64,000 nt of DNA from an uncultured bacterium (GTDB lineage Bacteria > Babelota > Babeliae > Babelales > Babelaceae), in assembly GCA_963722385.1 (NCBI GenBank), contig CAVRKK010000002.1, positions 672,001-736,000 on the forward strand, read 5' to 3'. The position numbers were made by a program, and so were the translations under genes. Shown piece after piece: positions 29,314 through 38,031 of this stretch; the first letter of the stretch is position 1, and each line of letters opens with the position of its first letter. The notes under the pieces were generated by a model. The model did no database searches. It was not told where the DNA came from and saw only the letters and a list, made by a program, of their open reading frames with translations.

Positions 29314-29916
29314 GAATATCGCCTCCGCGGCGAGCGCGCCTGTGCCGCGGGCACACCTACGCAGTGGGCGGCAGGAGCGTGCTCCTGCACCTGTAGATTT
29401 TGTTTCTTTCTTTATAAGCTTATTTCTCGATTTTGTTTAATGCCGTAACCATGCGGAGCGCATGATTACGGCAAACGCAATTCTCCTAACGGAGAATAGA
29501 TTTTTTGTTGCCAGTAGTCTCTTTTCCCAAAATCTTTAATAAATAAAAATCTGATGAGGCCCTCCGAGTAGCCCGGCGCATCCTTCCGGGATGCAAGGAC
29601 AGAATTAGGCGGAGTAGCGCCTAATTTGACCGAAGTAGCTCTTCTTTAGAAGAGCGAAAAACGTAGGCGGAAGGGGCCGTTTGAATTAGGGGCCAGGGAA
29701 AGCGGCGCACGTGTTGCATAGGACATAAACATGCGAAGTAACGCATGTTTTGTCCAGAGCGGCCTTCGAAAGAAGGCGATTAGCGTAGGTTGCGAGAACC
29801 CCGCTTGCCGCATCGCCGCGGAGGCGTATTCATTGAGCGACAAGCTAATTTTCTTTTTTAACGCTTTGGACGCTCTCGCTTAGTTATGCGCCTGCCGCTC
29901 GCCGCGAAGGCGATTC
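29314..29916 (+). repeat. structured intergenic element, copy 4 (subtype A, longest; core 29314-29831 plus an extra end module)
   Basis: Paired ends GAATATCGCCTCCGCGGCG / CGCCGCGGAGGCGTATTC and about ten internal hairpins shared with the copies at 20332, 56521 and 61777. Confidence 0.92.
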
Positions 29917-29961
29917 GTAAGGCTCGTTGCTTTTATCAAAGGTCATTTGCGACAGATAGCA

Positions 29962-29989
29962 TTACTTGATAAGTGATGTTATCGCACAT
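29962..29989. other. dif-like tyrosine-recombinase site (11-6-11)
   Basis: TTACTTGATAA-GTGATG-TTATCGCACAT has an inner palindrome GATAA/TTATC around a 6-bp spacer. It lies 77 bp upstream of the recombinase gene. Confidence 0.6.
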
Positions 29990-30066
29990 AATTATCATAC
30001 TCTGTCCGCTAGCAATCAAAGCACTATCTGTAGTATCATAAATAGAATTTTGAGCAAGGTTATTCC

Positions 30067-31032
30067 ATGAAGCCTAAAAAACAAACGCTTTTACCCATTG
30101 AACACAACAAGCCGCCCTTTGTCGAGGCGCTTGATCAATTTTTGGCAACACTTGACGTTACACGTGGCTCAAGAGGCACCTATCGTAATGCTCTGCGCCA
30201 ATTCCTTTACTGGTTTGTAAATCAAAAAAACATGACCCCCACGCGCGAGACAATACTTATTTATAAAGAAGAGCTTGACCTCAAAGGCTTGCGTCCTGCA
30301 ACACGCGCTTGTTACCTGGTAGCCGTACGCAAATTTTTTGAGTGGACCGAGAGCCTTAAAATTTATCCTAATATCGCTAAAGGCATTAAAGGAGCACGTC
30401 GTGCACTCAAGCATCACCAAAAAGACGCTCTAACGATCCCTCAAATTAAACAAATACTTGGTTGTGCCGCTAAAGATAGTCTTGGAGGCAAACGCGACTT
30501 CGCGCTCATCAACTTACTCGTTAGAACAGGGCTCCGCCTCATAGAAATCGTACGCGCCAATTACCAAGACCTTGACCTTCAAGGAGAGGAAGCCCTTTTA
30601 TGGGTCCGCGGCAAGGGGCGCGATGGCAAAGATGACTGCGTCATACTTGCCCAAGAAGCGCTAAAGCCGCTGCTCCACTATCTGCGTGCACGGGGGCTTA
30701 AATCAGCCACCGAACCACTTTTTGCCTCACTGAGCGACCGTAATCGTGGCAAACCCTTAACCACGTATTCGCTTTCGCGTATTATTAAGGGCTACCTACG
30801 GCAAGCCGGTCTCAATACGCGTCGCATCACTGCCCATAGCCTCCGCCATACGTTCGGTGTTTTATCAATTAAGGCAGGAGCATCACTCTATGAAGTACAG
30901 CTGGCAATGCGCCATACAAACCCAGGCACGACCGAAATATATCTCGGGGATATTGAGCGACAAAAAAGGCTCGAGGGCGCACCAGAGAGGAAAGTAAGCG
31001 ACCTTTTAAGCGAAGAGGGTATTGGGGGATAG
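30067..31032 (+). CDS. XerC/D-like tyrosine recombinase
   Basis: N-terminal SAM-like domain and a full catalytic set: R (TGLRLIE), K (GKG), HxxR (HSLRH), H (MRH), Y (TEIY). Confidence 0.92.
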   Translation: MKPKKQTLLPIEHNKPPFVEALDQFLATLDVTRGSRGTYRNALRQFLYWFVNQKNMTPTRETILIYKEELDLKGLRPATRACYLVAVRKFFEWTESLKIYPNIAKGIKGARRALKHHQKDALTIPQIKQILGCAAKDSLGGKRDFALINLLVRTGLRLIEIVRANYQDLDLQGEEALLWVRGKGRDGKDDCVILAQEALKPLLHYLRARGLKSATEPLFASLSDRNRGKPLTTYSLSRIIKGYLRQAGLNTRRITAHSLRHTFGVLSIKAGASLYEVQLAMRHTNPGTTEIYLGDIERQKRLEGAPERKVSDLLSEEGIGG

Positions 31033-31088
31033 CTTGCAAGAGGCGACAAAAATTGTGTATCTTGTAAGAGATATAAAAGGGGGCAAAA

Positions 31089-31718
31089 ATGAAGAAAGCA
31101 TTGTTTAAAAGTACTTTAGTAATATTAAGTACCGCAGCAGTCGCCACGGTTGCTTATATTAATAGTCAAGAGGCGCGATTAACAAAGCCTACATATCAAG
31201 GAGAACATATGAGGAAACAGCACGGCATTACGAAAAGCATAGAGCCAAATATTGGCATCTCAGCACAGGATCGTTCAAGCTCAAGCGCGATTTTAAATGA
31301 AGTTTTGGCGACAACGTATGTTTTATTGGTAAAAACGCAAAATTACCACTGGAACCTTGTTGGCCCTGAGTTTCATGATTATCACCTTTTGCTTGATGAT
31401 CACTATAAAAGACTGCAGGAATTTGCCGATGATATAGCTGAGCGAGTGCGTGCTGTTGGCGGGATAGCACTGGGGTCATTGCAAGAATTTTCTCAGCAAA
31501 GCAAAATTAAAGATGATAGCGGCGATGTACCAACACCACGACAAGCGATAGAGAATCTGCTCGCAGACCATGAAGCTTTGATCAGGCTTATTCGCGAAGG
31601 GATTAATATTACTGGTGAACATAATCGCGATATGGGTACGAATAATTTCTTCTGTGAGCAAATTATGAAACATGAAAAAATGGCATGGATGCTACGCTCA
31701 CTCCTTGAGAGAAAGTAG
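31089..31718 (+). CDS. dps: Dps-family DNA-protecting ferritin-like protein, with a possible N-terminal signal extension (alternative start 31209)
   Basis: KTQNYHWNLVGPEFHDYH, DDIAERVRAVGG and HEKMAWML. Confidence 0.93.
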   Translation: MKKALFKSTLVILSTAAVATVAYINSQEARLTKPTYQGEHMRKQHGITKSIEPNIGISAQDRSSSSAILNEVLATTYVLLVKTQNYHWNLVGPEFHDYHLLLDDHYKRLQEFADDIAERVRAVGGIALGSLQEFSQQSKIKDDSGDVPTPRQAIENLLADHEALIRLIREGINITGEHNRDMGTNNFFCEQIMKHEKMAWMLRSLLERK

Positions 31719-31732
31719 CGCTCCATAAAAAA

Positions 31733-31999
31733 TGGAGACGCTCTGGCATACCTCACTTATGTTCTCCATGCTTAGCCTTTACTTAGACACATACCCTCCT
31801 AAAGGCTTGATATAGCATATGCCTCGTAGTTTGATAGTTTACATGCAAGCTTGACAAGCTACGTTAACCTCACTTGCACGCCCTACTTTTTACTCACCAG
31901 CCTTTACTTGTAGGGGAGCATAACTGGCGGATTGTTTTTTTTACGAGCACATTCAAGCTCGGCATGCCCATAAGTATTAGAGAGTATGCCTACGTCTCC
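31733..31999 (-). ncRNA. tmRNA-like four-pseudoknot RNA lacking T-arm/D-loop and tag-coding domain
   Basis: Nested end pairings GGAGACG/CGUCUCC, GGCAUAC/GUAUGCC, ACUUAUG/CAUAAGU and CAUGC/GCAUG enclose four consecutive pseudoknots. tmRNA signature strings GCAUGCCGAG..CUCGUAAAAA and CUAAGCAUG are present. It has its own promoter and a downstream U-run. Confidence 0.8.
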
Positions 32000-32005
32000 A
32001 TTTTT

Positions 32006-32034
32006 AGTCTAGCATAAACGTTTCTATTTGTCAA
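32006..32034 (-). promoter_or_regulatory. strong sigma70 promoter of the tmRNA-like RNA
   Basis: TTGACA-N17-TAGACT with an extended -10 TG. The first G of the terminal stem lies 7 nt after the -10 box. Confidence 0.8.
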
Positions 32035-32042
32035 TTATAAAA

Positions 32043-33830
32043 TTAATTATTATTTTTCGCATCTTCATGATTTTTTATAACCTGCAGGCCATAATCCTTC
32101 AGCTTGGCATCACTCACCACCGTAGGTGCATCCATTAATGGCTCATGACCTGTTTGCGTTTTAGGAAATGCTATAACTTCCCGGATCGACTCACCGCCGA
32201 GCAAAAGCATGACGAATCGGTCGATGCCAAGCGCGATGCCCCCCAGAGGAGGAAATCCTAACTCGAGTGCTTCCAGCAAGAAGCCAAAGTGGGAGTGCAT
32301 GGTCGACTCATCGAAGCCTAAAAGTTTAAATACTTGTGCTTGGAGTTCTGGGCTATTGATGCGAATCGAGCCCCCGCCCAACTCGACACCGTTAAGCACT
32401 AAGTCATATGAACGAGCTTTCATGAACGCAGGGTCTTGCCTTTCCCAGCCCTCTTGTGGAGCGGTAAATGGATGGTGGGCAGAGGTCCAGCGTTTGTGGT
32501 CAGTATTCCATTCAAGAAGCGGGAAATCAGTAACCCACAAAAATGCAAGCTGGTTGGTTGGTATGAGCGTGAGCGCATGGCCTAACTGGAGGCGCAAGCG
32601 GCAAAGCTGCGTCCATGCCTCTTTATAGGGCGCAGCAATAAGAAAGAAAGTATCACCGGGCTTAAGATGCGTAAAGCGCGCTTGGAGCTGACCTATAAAC
32701 TCTGCGGGCAAGAACTTGGCAATAGGCGATTCAATTTGACCATGCTCATTAACGCGGAGCCACAGCATGCCTTTTGCGCCATTCTTGATTGCTTTTTCAA
32801 CCCAGCTTTCAAGCTCTGATCGCGTGAATGTGCTGTCTTGGACATAGAGGGCGCCTATTTTGCCACCTTTATCAAGCACGGAACGTAAAAAGCTTAACGG
32901 GGTCGAGACAAAGAGCTCTGTCACATCCTGTATCTCGAGCCCAAAGCGAATATCAGGCTTGTCGCAGCCATAACGAGCAAACGCTTCGTCATGAGTCATG
33001 CGCAATAAGGGAAGCGGTAGGTCGGTGCCAAATACTTTTTTCAATACATAATGGCACAGCCCCTCAGTGAGCGCTTGTATGTCCCCTTCCTGAATAAAAG
33101 ACATTTCTATGTCAAGCTGGGTAAACTCAGGTTGACGATCGGCGCGTAAGTCTTCATCTCGAAAGCAACGTGCTACCTGAAAGTAGCGCTCAATACCACC
33201 AGCCATTAAAATCTGCTTGTATAATTGGGGAGATTGTGGCAAAGCGTAAAAATTTCCCTTATGCATGCGTGAGGGTACCAGAAATTCACGCGCGCCCTCG
33301 GCAGTGTTTTTCGTAAGAAGAGGTGTTTCTATTTCGTAGAATCCACGATTACTCAAGAACTCCCGTATGGCAAAAATGACTTCATGCCTAATGCGCAGTC
33401 GCTCGGTCATTAATGGTCGTCGCAGATCGAGATAGCGGTATTTAAGCCGCAGCTCTTCTTCGACATGCTCAGCTTCGCTGGGGGCAAAGGGAAGCGCTTT
33501 CGCTTTATTAAGTATGGTCAGCTCATAAGCCTGAACCTCAAAAGCGCCTGTAGGCAATTCTTCGTTAATCGTTCCTGGCTTACGGTGAACAACCGTGCCT
33601 TTGATCGAGATAACATACTCAGAGCGTAGAGAATGGGCAGACTCAAATGAATCTTCGGAAAACTCTTTGCTAAAAACGAGCTGAACGATGCCGCTCCTAT
33701 CACGGAGATCAACAAAAATGAGCCCGCCATGGTCTCGGCGCTTATCAACCCAACCAACAAGCGTGACCGATTTGTTAAGGTACTGACCCGTAATCTCACC
33801 GCAAAAGCAGGTGCGTTCAAAAAATTTCAT
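32043..33830 (-). CDS. aspS: aspartate--tRNA ligase
   Basis: [43 protein letters not shown] and GIALGIDR. Confidence 0.98.
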   Translation of the reverse strand: MKFFERTCFCGEITGQYLNKSVTLVGWVDKRRDHGGLIFVDLRDRSGIVQLVFSKEFSEDSFESAHSLRSEYVISIKGTVVHRKPGTINEELPTGAFEVQAYELTILNKAKALPFAPSEAEHVEEELRLKYRYLDLRRPLMTERLRIRHEVIFAIREFLSNRGFYEIETPLLTKNTAEGAREFLVPSRMHKGNFYALPQSPQLYKQILMAGGIERYFQVARCFRDEDLRADRQPEFTQLDIEMSFIQEGDIQALTEGLCHYVLKKVFGTDLPLPLLRMTHDEAFARYGCDKPDIRFGLEIQDVTELFVSTPLSFLRSVLDKGGKIGALYVQDSTFTRSELESWVEKAIKNGAKGMLWLRVNEHGQIESPIAKFLPAEFIGQLQARFTHLKPGDTFFLIAAPYKEAWTQLCRLRLQLGHALTLIPTNQLAFLWVTDFPLLEWNTDHKRWTSAHHPFTAPQEGWERQDPAFMKARSYDLVLNGVELGGGSIRINSPELQAQVFKLLGFDESTMHSHFGFLLEALELGFPPLGGIALGIDRFVMLLLGGESIREVIAFPKTQTGHEPLMDAPTVVSDAKLKDYGLQVIKNHEDAKNNN

Positions 33831-33947
33831 AAATTCAAAGCCCCAATCAATAAAATGATGCTTATTAGTTAGTGTAGCATGTTTTAAGAAATTTACCGAG
33901 CCAACACTTTAGAGAAATGAGGCGAACAAGCAGAATGAAACTGCAAG

Positions 33948-35201
33948 CTATAAACGATGGTCAATGCTTAATAAGGCTTGCTTGTCGAGCGCAAGGTCTT
34001 TTAAGCATGCGCTTATTGCTTCAGCAACGTATGGCACCAATGCCTTCCAATCATCTTTATTTTTAAGGCCGCATTCTAAGGCGAGCGCAGGTATGCTGAT
34101 TCCCACAAGAGGCTTACATGGGATCCCGTATGGTGCTCGTATAGTAACAGGCAAGGATATGCCCGATGATTTGAGTGCTTTGGTGAGCATGTCAGCAAGC
34201 GAGCGATTGGCCTTAAATAAAGACTTATATGCCTGATTATAGGCAGTAAGCGATAGGCTGCTATCGGGTTTATACCATGAATCACTGGTGGGATCATATG
34301 AGCAATAAGAGAGCGATAGCTGCAGGTCGCTGGATTCTTCTTGGTAAAAGTTGACGCTCAGGTAAAGGTCGGCGCGAAGTTTGTTGGCAAAGGTAGCGCT
34401 TTGCAACGGCTCGAGAGCTTGCCCGGGCAGACGCGTCAGGATCACTCGCGCATTATTAAGCTTGATCTCGAGGGCTTCTTTAAGTTGTTCGGCGCACTGA
34501 AGTGTCAAACCACGCTCAAAGGTCCCCGCAATAATTCTTCCTGGCGCAAGTGCGTCACCGGCGGGGTCGAACATAATGGTTAAGGGTGCCTCAGGGTTTC
34601 TACGGGTCTTCATCTGCTCGCTGAGCTCTTGGAGAGAATATTCGATGCTTGTTGGTGCTGCAAGAAAGCCGCTTATTGGCCAAGCAAGCGAAAAATCTAA
34701 ATGCGGATCCTGCAAAGGAGCATGGTGGACTAAAAATCGTATGCTTTGTGCCGGTATATTCGCATCTCGCAAGGTTTTTAAAAGACTTTCGGCAAGCATC
34801 CACTTATCGAGCGCGCTTTTTTCTTGGTCAAAAAGGCTGCGATCAAGCGAGATAAAGAGCTCATTGGTATGCCGAGACAAGCAAAGGGCCTGGAGCATAC
34901 ATGGCTTTTGTATAACATTTTCCTCATCTAAGAGGTTGAGCCAATTATGAACGAGGTGCGTGCAGGATGCGATAGGATCGGAAGGCCAGAGTAGTTCCTT
35001 TTTTTCGCGCCTAAGCTCTTGTTTATGCCAATACCAAAAGGTGATAGCTTTTTTGACCGCTGGTGCCAAGGGACGCGTTACCGGTAGAGTGAACCCTGGC
35101 AAATGGAGCGTAAGGGTAACCCAATTGTTATAAAAGAAGAAAAAAAGTATGCCCATCATTAAGGCAGCAAGCGACGCAATAACCGTAAAGATTTTATTCA
35201 T
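33948..35201 (-). CDS. TM anchor + GerMN-like domain + degenerate N-acetylmuramoyl-L-alanine amidase (Amidase_3) domain
   Basis: Amidase_3 pattern IMFDPAG..ERGLTL..VILTR..ANKLRADLYLSVN..PALALECG. The N-terminal half resembles GerMN (SLLKTL...SIRFLV...HLDFS). Confidence 0.65.
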   Translation of the reverse strand: MNKIFTVIASLAALMMGILFFFFYNNWVTLTLHLPGFTLPVTRPLAPAVKKAITFWYWHKQELRREKKELLWPSDPIASCTHLVHNWLNLLDEENVIQKPCMLQALCLSRHTNELFISLDRSLFDQEKSALDKWMLAESLLKTLRDANIPAQSIRFLVHHAPLQDPHLDFSLAWPISGFLAAPTSIEYSLQELSEQMKTRRNPEAPLTIMFDPAGDALAPGRIIAGTFERGLTLQCAEQLKEALEIKLNNARVILTRLPGQALEPLQSATFANKLRADLYLSVNFYQEESSDLQLSLSYCSYDPTSDSWYKPDSSLSLTAYNQAYKSLFKANRSLADMLTKALKSSGISLPVTIRAPYGIPCKPLVGISIPALALECGLKNKDDWKALVPYVAEAISACLKDLALDKQALLSIDHRL

Positions 35202-37369
35202 GGCTTTTCTTGCAAAAATGTCTGCAAAAACGTTACACGGCGAACACTCTTATTATTATTAAGTGCTATAGCGAGCGCTTTTGGCTCACCAACTATAACG
35301 CAGAGCGATTTTGCGCGTGTTATTGCCGTATAGAGCAGATTGCGCTGGAGCAGGGTAAAGTGTTGAGCAAAAAGAGGAATAATAACGGCAGGGTATTCTG
35401 AGCCTTGGCTTTTATGGATGGTGATAGCATACGCAAGTACAATTTCATTGAGATCGGTTACGTCATATTCGAGTACGCGATCACCAAAGGTAATACCAAT
35501 GACCCGTTCGGTAAGATCGATTGATTCGATCGTGCCAATGTCGCCATTAAAAACAAACTTATCATAATTGTTGCGAATCTGCATGACACGATCGCCCACT
35601 TTAAAGCAGGTGCCATTGAGCATGATATGGTCTTGTGTTTGCGGATTGAGCAGCCCCTGCAAATGATGATTGAGTACGTGTGTACCGGCTGATCCTCGGT
35701 TCATGGGCGACAATACGATGGCGTCATCAGGCGTCAGACGATGCTTGGCAAGCTCGCTAAAGAGCAAGCGTTTAAGGTGGTGCGGTAATGTTGTTGCATC
35801 AGGCTCTTTAATAAAAAGAAAGTCTTTACGTGACCCCGGCAGAAACACCACGGGGAATTCTCCTTTGTTGATGCGGTGGGCATTAGCGATGATAAGGCTA
35901 TCCTGTGCCTGACGAAACACCTCGGTCAAGCGTACGCATGGAATCAGCGTGCTATCGATGCAATCATTGAGAAAGTTGCCAGGGCCAACTGACGGAAGCT
36001 GATCAATATCGCCAATAAAGAGCACATGCGCGTCAAATGGCAGAGCCTTAATGACCGCATGGGCCAAAAAAATATCGATCATCGATGCTTCATCGATGAT
36101 CAAGAATTGTAAGGACAATGCATTATTTTCGTTATGCTTAAAGCTCATGGTGAGCGGATCGAACTCAAGCAACCGATGTATCGTAGCGGCGGGCCTATGA
36201 GTACCTTCGGTTATACGCTTGGCCGCTCGCCCGGTGGGTGCTGCGAGCTTATAAATTACGTGCTCGCTTTCAAGAAATTTGAGCAGTTCGCGGATGAGCG
36301 TCGTTTTGCCGGTACCCGGGCCACCGGTAATAATGGTTGCTTTGTGCTGCAGGCACGTTATAATACCCTGAATTTGGTTATCGTTGAGCGAAATGCGCCC
36401 CTTTTGCGTAGAGAGCTTGGTGTACACGGCATTGATATCAAACACAAGTGGTGAGCGGCGACCAATGAGCGCCTTAAGCTTGTGAGCGACTCCTTGTTCG
36501 GCATTATAACACCGTGTCGTTGTGAGAAAATGCTGCTCAGCCTGAGATACAAGCTTAATCTTTCCTTGGTCATGGAGATTATGAAGTGCGGTTTTTAATG
36601 TTTGCGCAGTCTTTTCATCGTCAGTTAACCCGAGCAGCGCGTGAACACTTTTTTTAAGTTCCTGAATCTCACTATAAAGGTGCCCCTGCTGCGATGCGGT
36701 AAGAAGCCCAAACAGAACACCGGCAGTGATTCGCTGGGGCGAGTCAATTGCAAAGCCCAACTTTTGAGCTATCTCATCTGCCGTCTTAAAGCCGATGCCC
36801 CATACTTCTTCAGCCATACGGTAAGGGTTCTGCATAATATAGGCAACGGTGTTATGCTTGTAATGCTTATAAATGCGCGCAGCATATGCGGCAGAAACGC
36901 CCTTATCTTGTAGGAATACCATGATGTCGGCGATTTCTTTGTGCTCCTGCCAGGCTTGCGTGATCAGGCCAGCGCGCTTTTGGCCCATGCCCGATACTTC
37001 GGTCAGGCGATTAGGGTGCTTATCTATAACGGCGAGAATATCTTTGCCAAAATAATCGACGAGCTTATCAGCGTAAGCCTTGCCGATGCCTTTTATAATC
37101 CCTGAGCCGAGGAATCTTTTAAGACCGATAATGCTGCTGGGCAGGATGCCGCGACAAGAAGATGCTTCAAATTGGCGGCCGTACTTGGGGTCGACAACCC
37201 AGCGGCCCGTAAGATCGACATCCTGGCCAGCATGTAAAGGAGGAAACTTGCCTTTAACGGCAACCGTAGCTGCTTTTTCAACATCAAGTAAGAATACGGC
37301 ATACCCCGATTCAACATCTTGGTAAAGAAAGCGATTTATAGTGCCATTTAAGCAAGAATTTTCATCCAT
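35198..37369 (-). CDS. recD2: RecD2-like ATP-dependent helicase
   Basis: N-terminal OB and HhH domains. GGPGTGKT, APTGRAA, IDEASM, GDIDQLPSVG and TIHKSQGSEY motifs. Confidence 0.96.
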   Translation of the reverse strand: MDENSCLNGTINRFLYQDVESGYAVFLLDVEKAATVAVKGKFPPLHAGQDVDLTGRWVVDPKYGRQFEASSCRGILPSSIIGLKRFLGSGIIKGIGKAYADKLVDYFGKDILAVIDKHPNRLTEVSGMGQKRAGLITQAWQEHKEIADIMVFLQDKGVSAAYAARIYKHYKHNTVAYIMQNPYRMAEEVWGIGFKTADEIAQKLGFAIDSPQRITAGVLFGLLTASQQGHLYSEIQELKKSVHALLGLTDDEKTAQTLKTALHNLHDQGKIKLVSQAEQHFLTTTRCYNAEQGVAHKLKALIGRRSPLVFDINAVYTKLSTQKGRISLNDNQIQGIITCLQHKATIITGGPGTGKTTLIRELLKFLESEHVIYKLAAPTGRAAKRITEGTHRPAATIHRLLEFDPLTMSFKHNENNALSLQFLIIDEASMIDIFLAHAVIKALPFDAHVLFIGDIDQLPSVGPGNFLNDCIDSTLIPCVRLTEVFRQAQDSLIIANAHRINKGEFPVVFLPGSRKDFLFIKEPDATTLPHHLKRLLFSELAKHRLTPDDAIVLSPMNRGSAGTHVLNHHLQGLLNPQTQDHIMLNGTCFKVGDRVMQIRNNYDKFVFNGDIGTIESIDLTERVIGITFGDRVLEYDVTDLNEIVLAYAITIHKSQGSEYPAVIIPLFAQHFTLLQRNLLYTAITRAKSLCVIVGEPKALAIALNNNKSVRRVTFLQTFLQEKP

Positions 37370-37371
37370 TA

Positions 37372-38031
37372 TTATCGAGCTTCTGCTTGAGCCTTTTTAA
37401 GGGCAGCTTCTTGAGCCTGCCGCGCTTTTTTGACCCCTTCTTCAAAATTCTTAGTTGATTCTGGTAGTGAGCTTTGTACATCCATGAGCAAAATCGTAAA
37501 TTCATTAAGAAATACGCTCAAGGACTTAAACGATTGAAGATACCTGCGCATAAATTGTTGCTCGTCCATCTCGAACCATTTTACCAAGATTGAATTTTTA
37601 CGGTTGCGTGCAGCACACCAATGTGCAACAACATCCTCAAGCTCGCGCTTCTTGTCTTGTACAATGCCCTTGAAAGGCAGCGTAATAGTATGCACTTGGC
37701 TGAGCGCATTCTCGAACACTTCTTTTAAGAGCGCTTCTTCTACTTTTTTTTGTTGAGCACCGACTTGAGTATTTTTTGAAAGGGCATGCTCAATTTCAAC
37801 AAGTTCTTTTACCGTGCGTTGAGCGCCTTTATATCTAAGGGGGCTTTTATCTCGTCTATTTAGTTGTCCAAAGTGAGCGATTATTTTTACCATGGGACCA
37901 ATATCAATTACGCCATCCATAAGGACAAGGTATTCTGATTCGATCTTTATTTCCTGAGGAGTATTTGCAGAAAAAGCGGGATATGCCAAACACGATATGA
38001 GTAACGTACGGCATATAATTTTACTGGTCAT
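37372..38031 (-). CDS. exported helical hypothetical protein, tandem paralog C
   Basis: Signal peptide. Shares the L(M/I)DG, W(A/C)..R and L.D...S motifs with its two neighbours. Confidence 0.75.
   Translation of the reverse strand: MTSKIICRTLLISCLAYPAFSANTPQEIKIESEYLVLMDGVIDIGPMVKIIAHFGQLNRRDKSPLRYKGAQRTVKELVEIEHALSKNTQVGAQQKKVEEALLKEVFENALSQVHTITLPFKGIVQDKKRELEDVVAHWCAARNRKNSILVKWFEMDEQQFMRRYLQSFKSLSVFLNEFTILLMDVQSSLPESTKNFEEGVKKARQAQEAALKKAQAEAR

Noticed and set aside
29551..29680. CTGATGAG followed by a GGCC stem in the repeat element (also in copies 2, 5 and 6), resembling a hammerhead ribozyme core
   Set aside because: The stem closes into GCTT/GTTT rather than the required GAAA, and no stem III/NUH site can be built.
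29646..29843. Short ORFs recurring within the repeat copies (also 20154-20439, 56602-57111 and 61930-62343)
   Set aside because: Their similarity comes from the DNA repeat. Frames and ends differ between copies and the substitutions preserve base-pairing, not protein.
30067..31032. Recombinase as a prophage integrase or integron IntI
   Set aside because: There are no phage genes, no adjacent tRNA att duplication, no IntI-specific insertion and no attC cassette array. The large repeats are dispersed among housekeeping genes.
31728..32005. Reading the tmRNA-like unit as a MITE (13-bp terminal inverted repeat AAAAATGGAGACG), as 6S RNA (Bacillus 6S-1 lies downstream of aspS) or as canonical ssrA
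   Set aside because: It is single-copy here, has its own promoter and has strand-specific G-U-rich pseudoknots, unlike a MITE or the rod-shaped ~190-nt 6S. It lacks the T-arm, CCA and tag needed for canonical tmRNA. A covariance-model search is still needed to close this.
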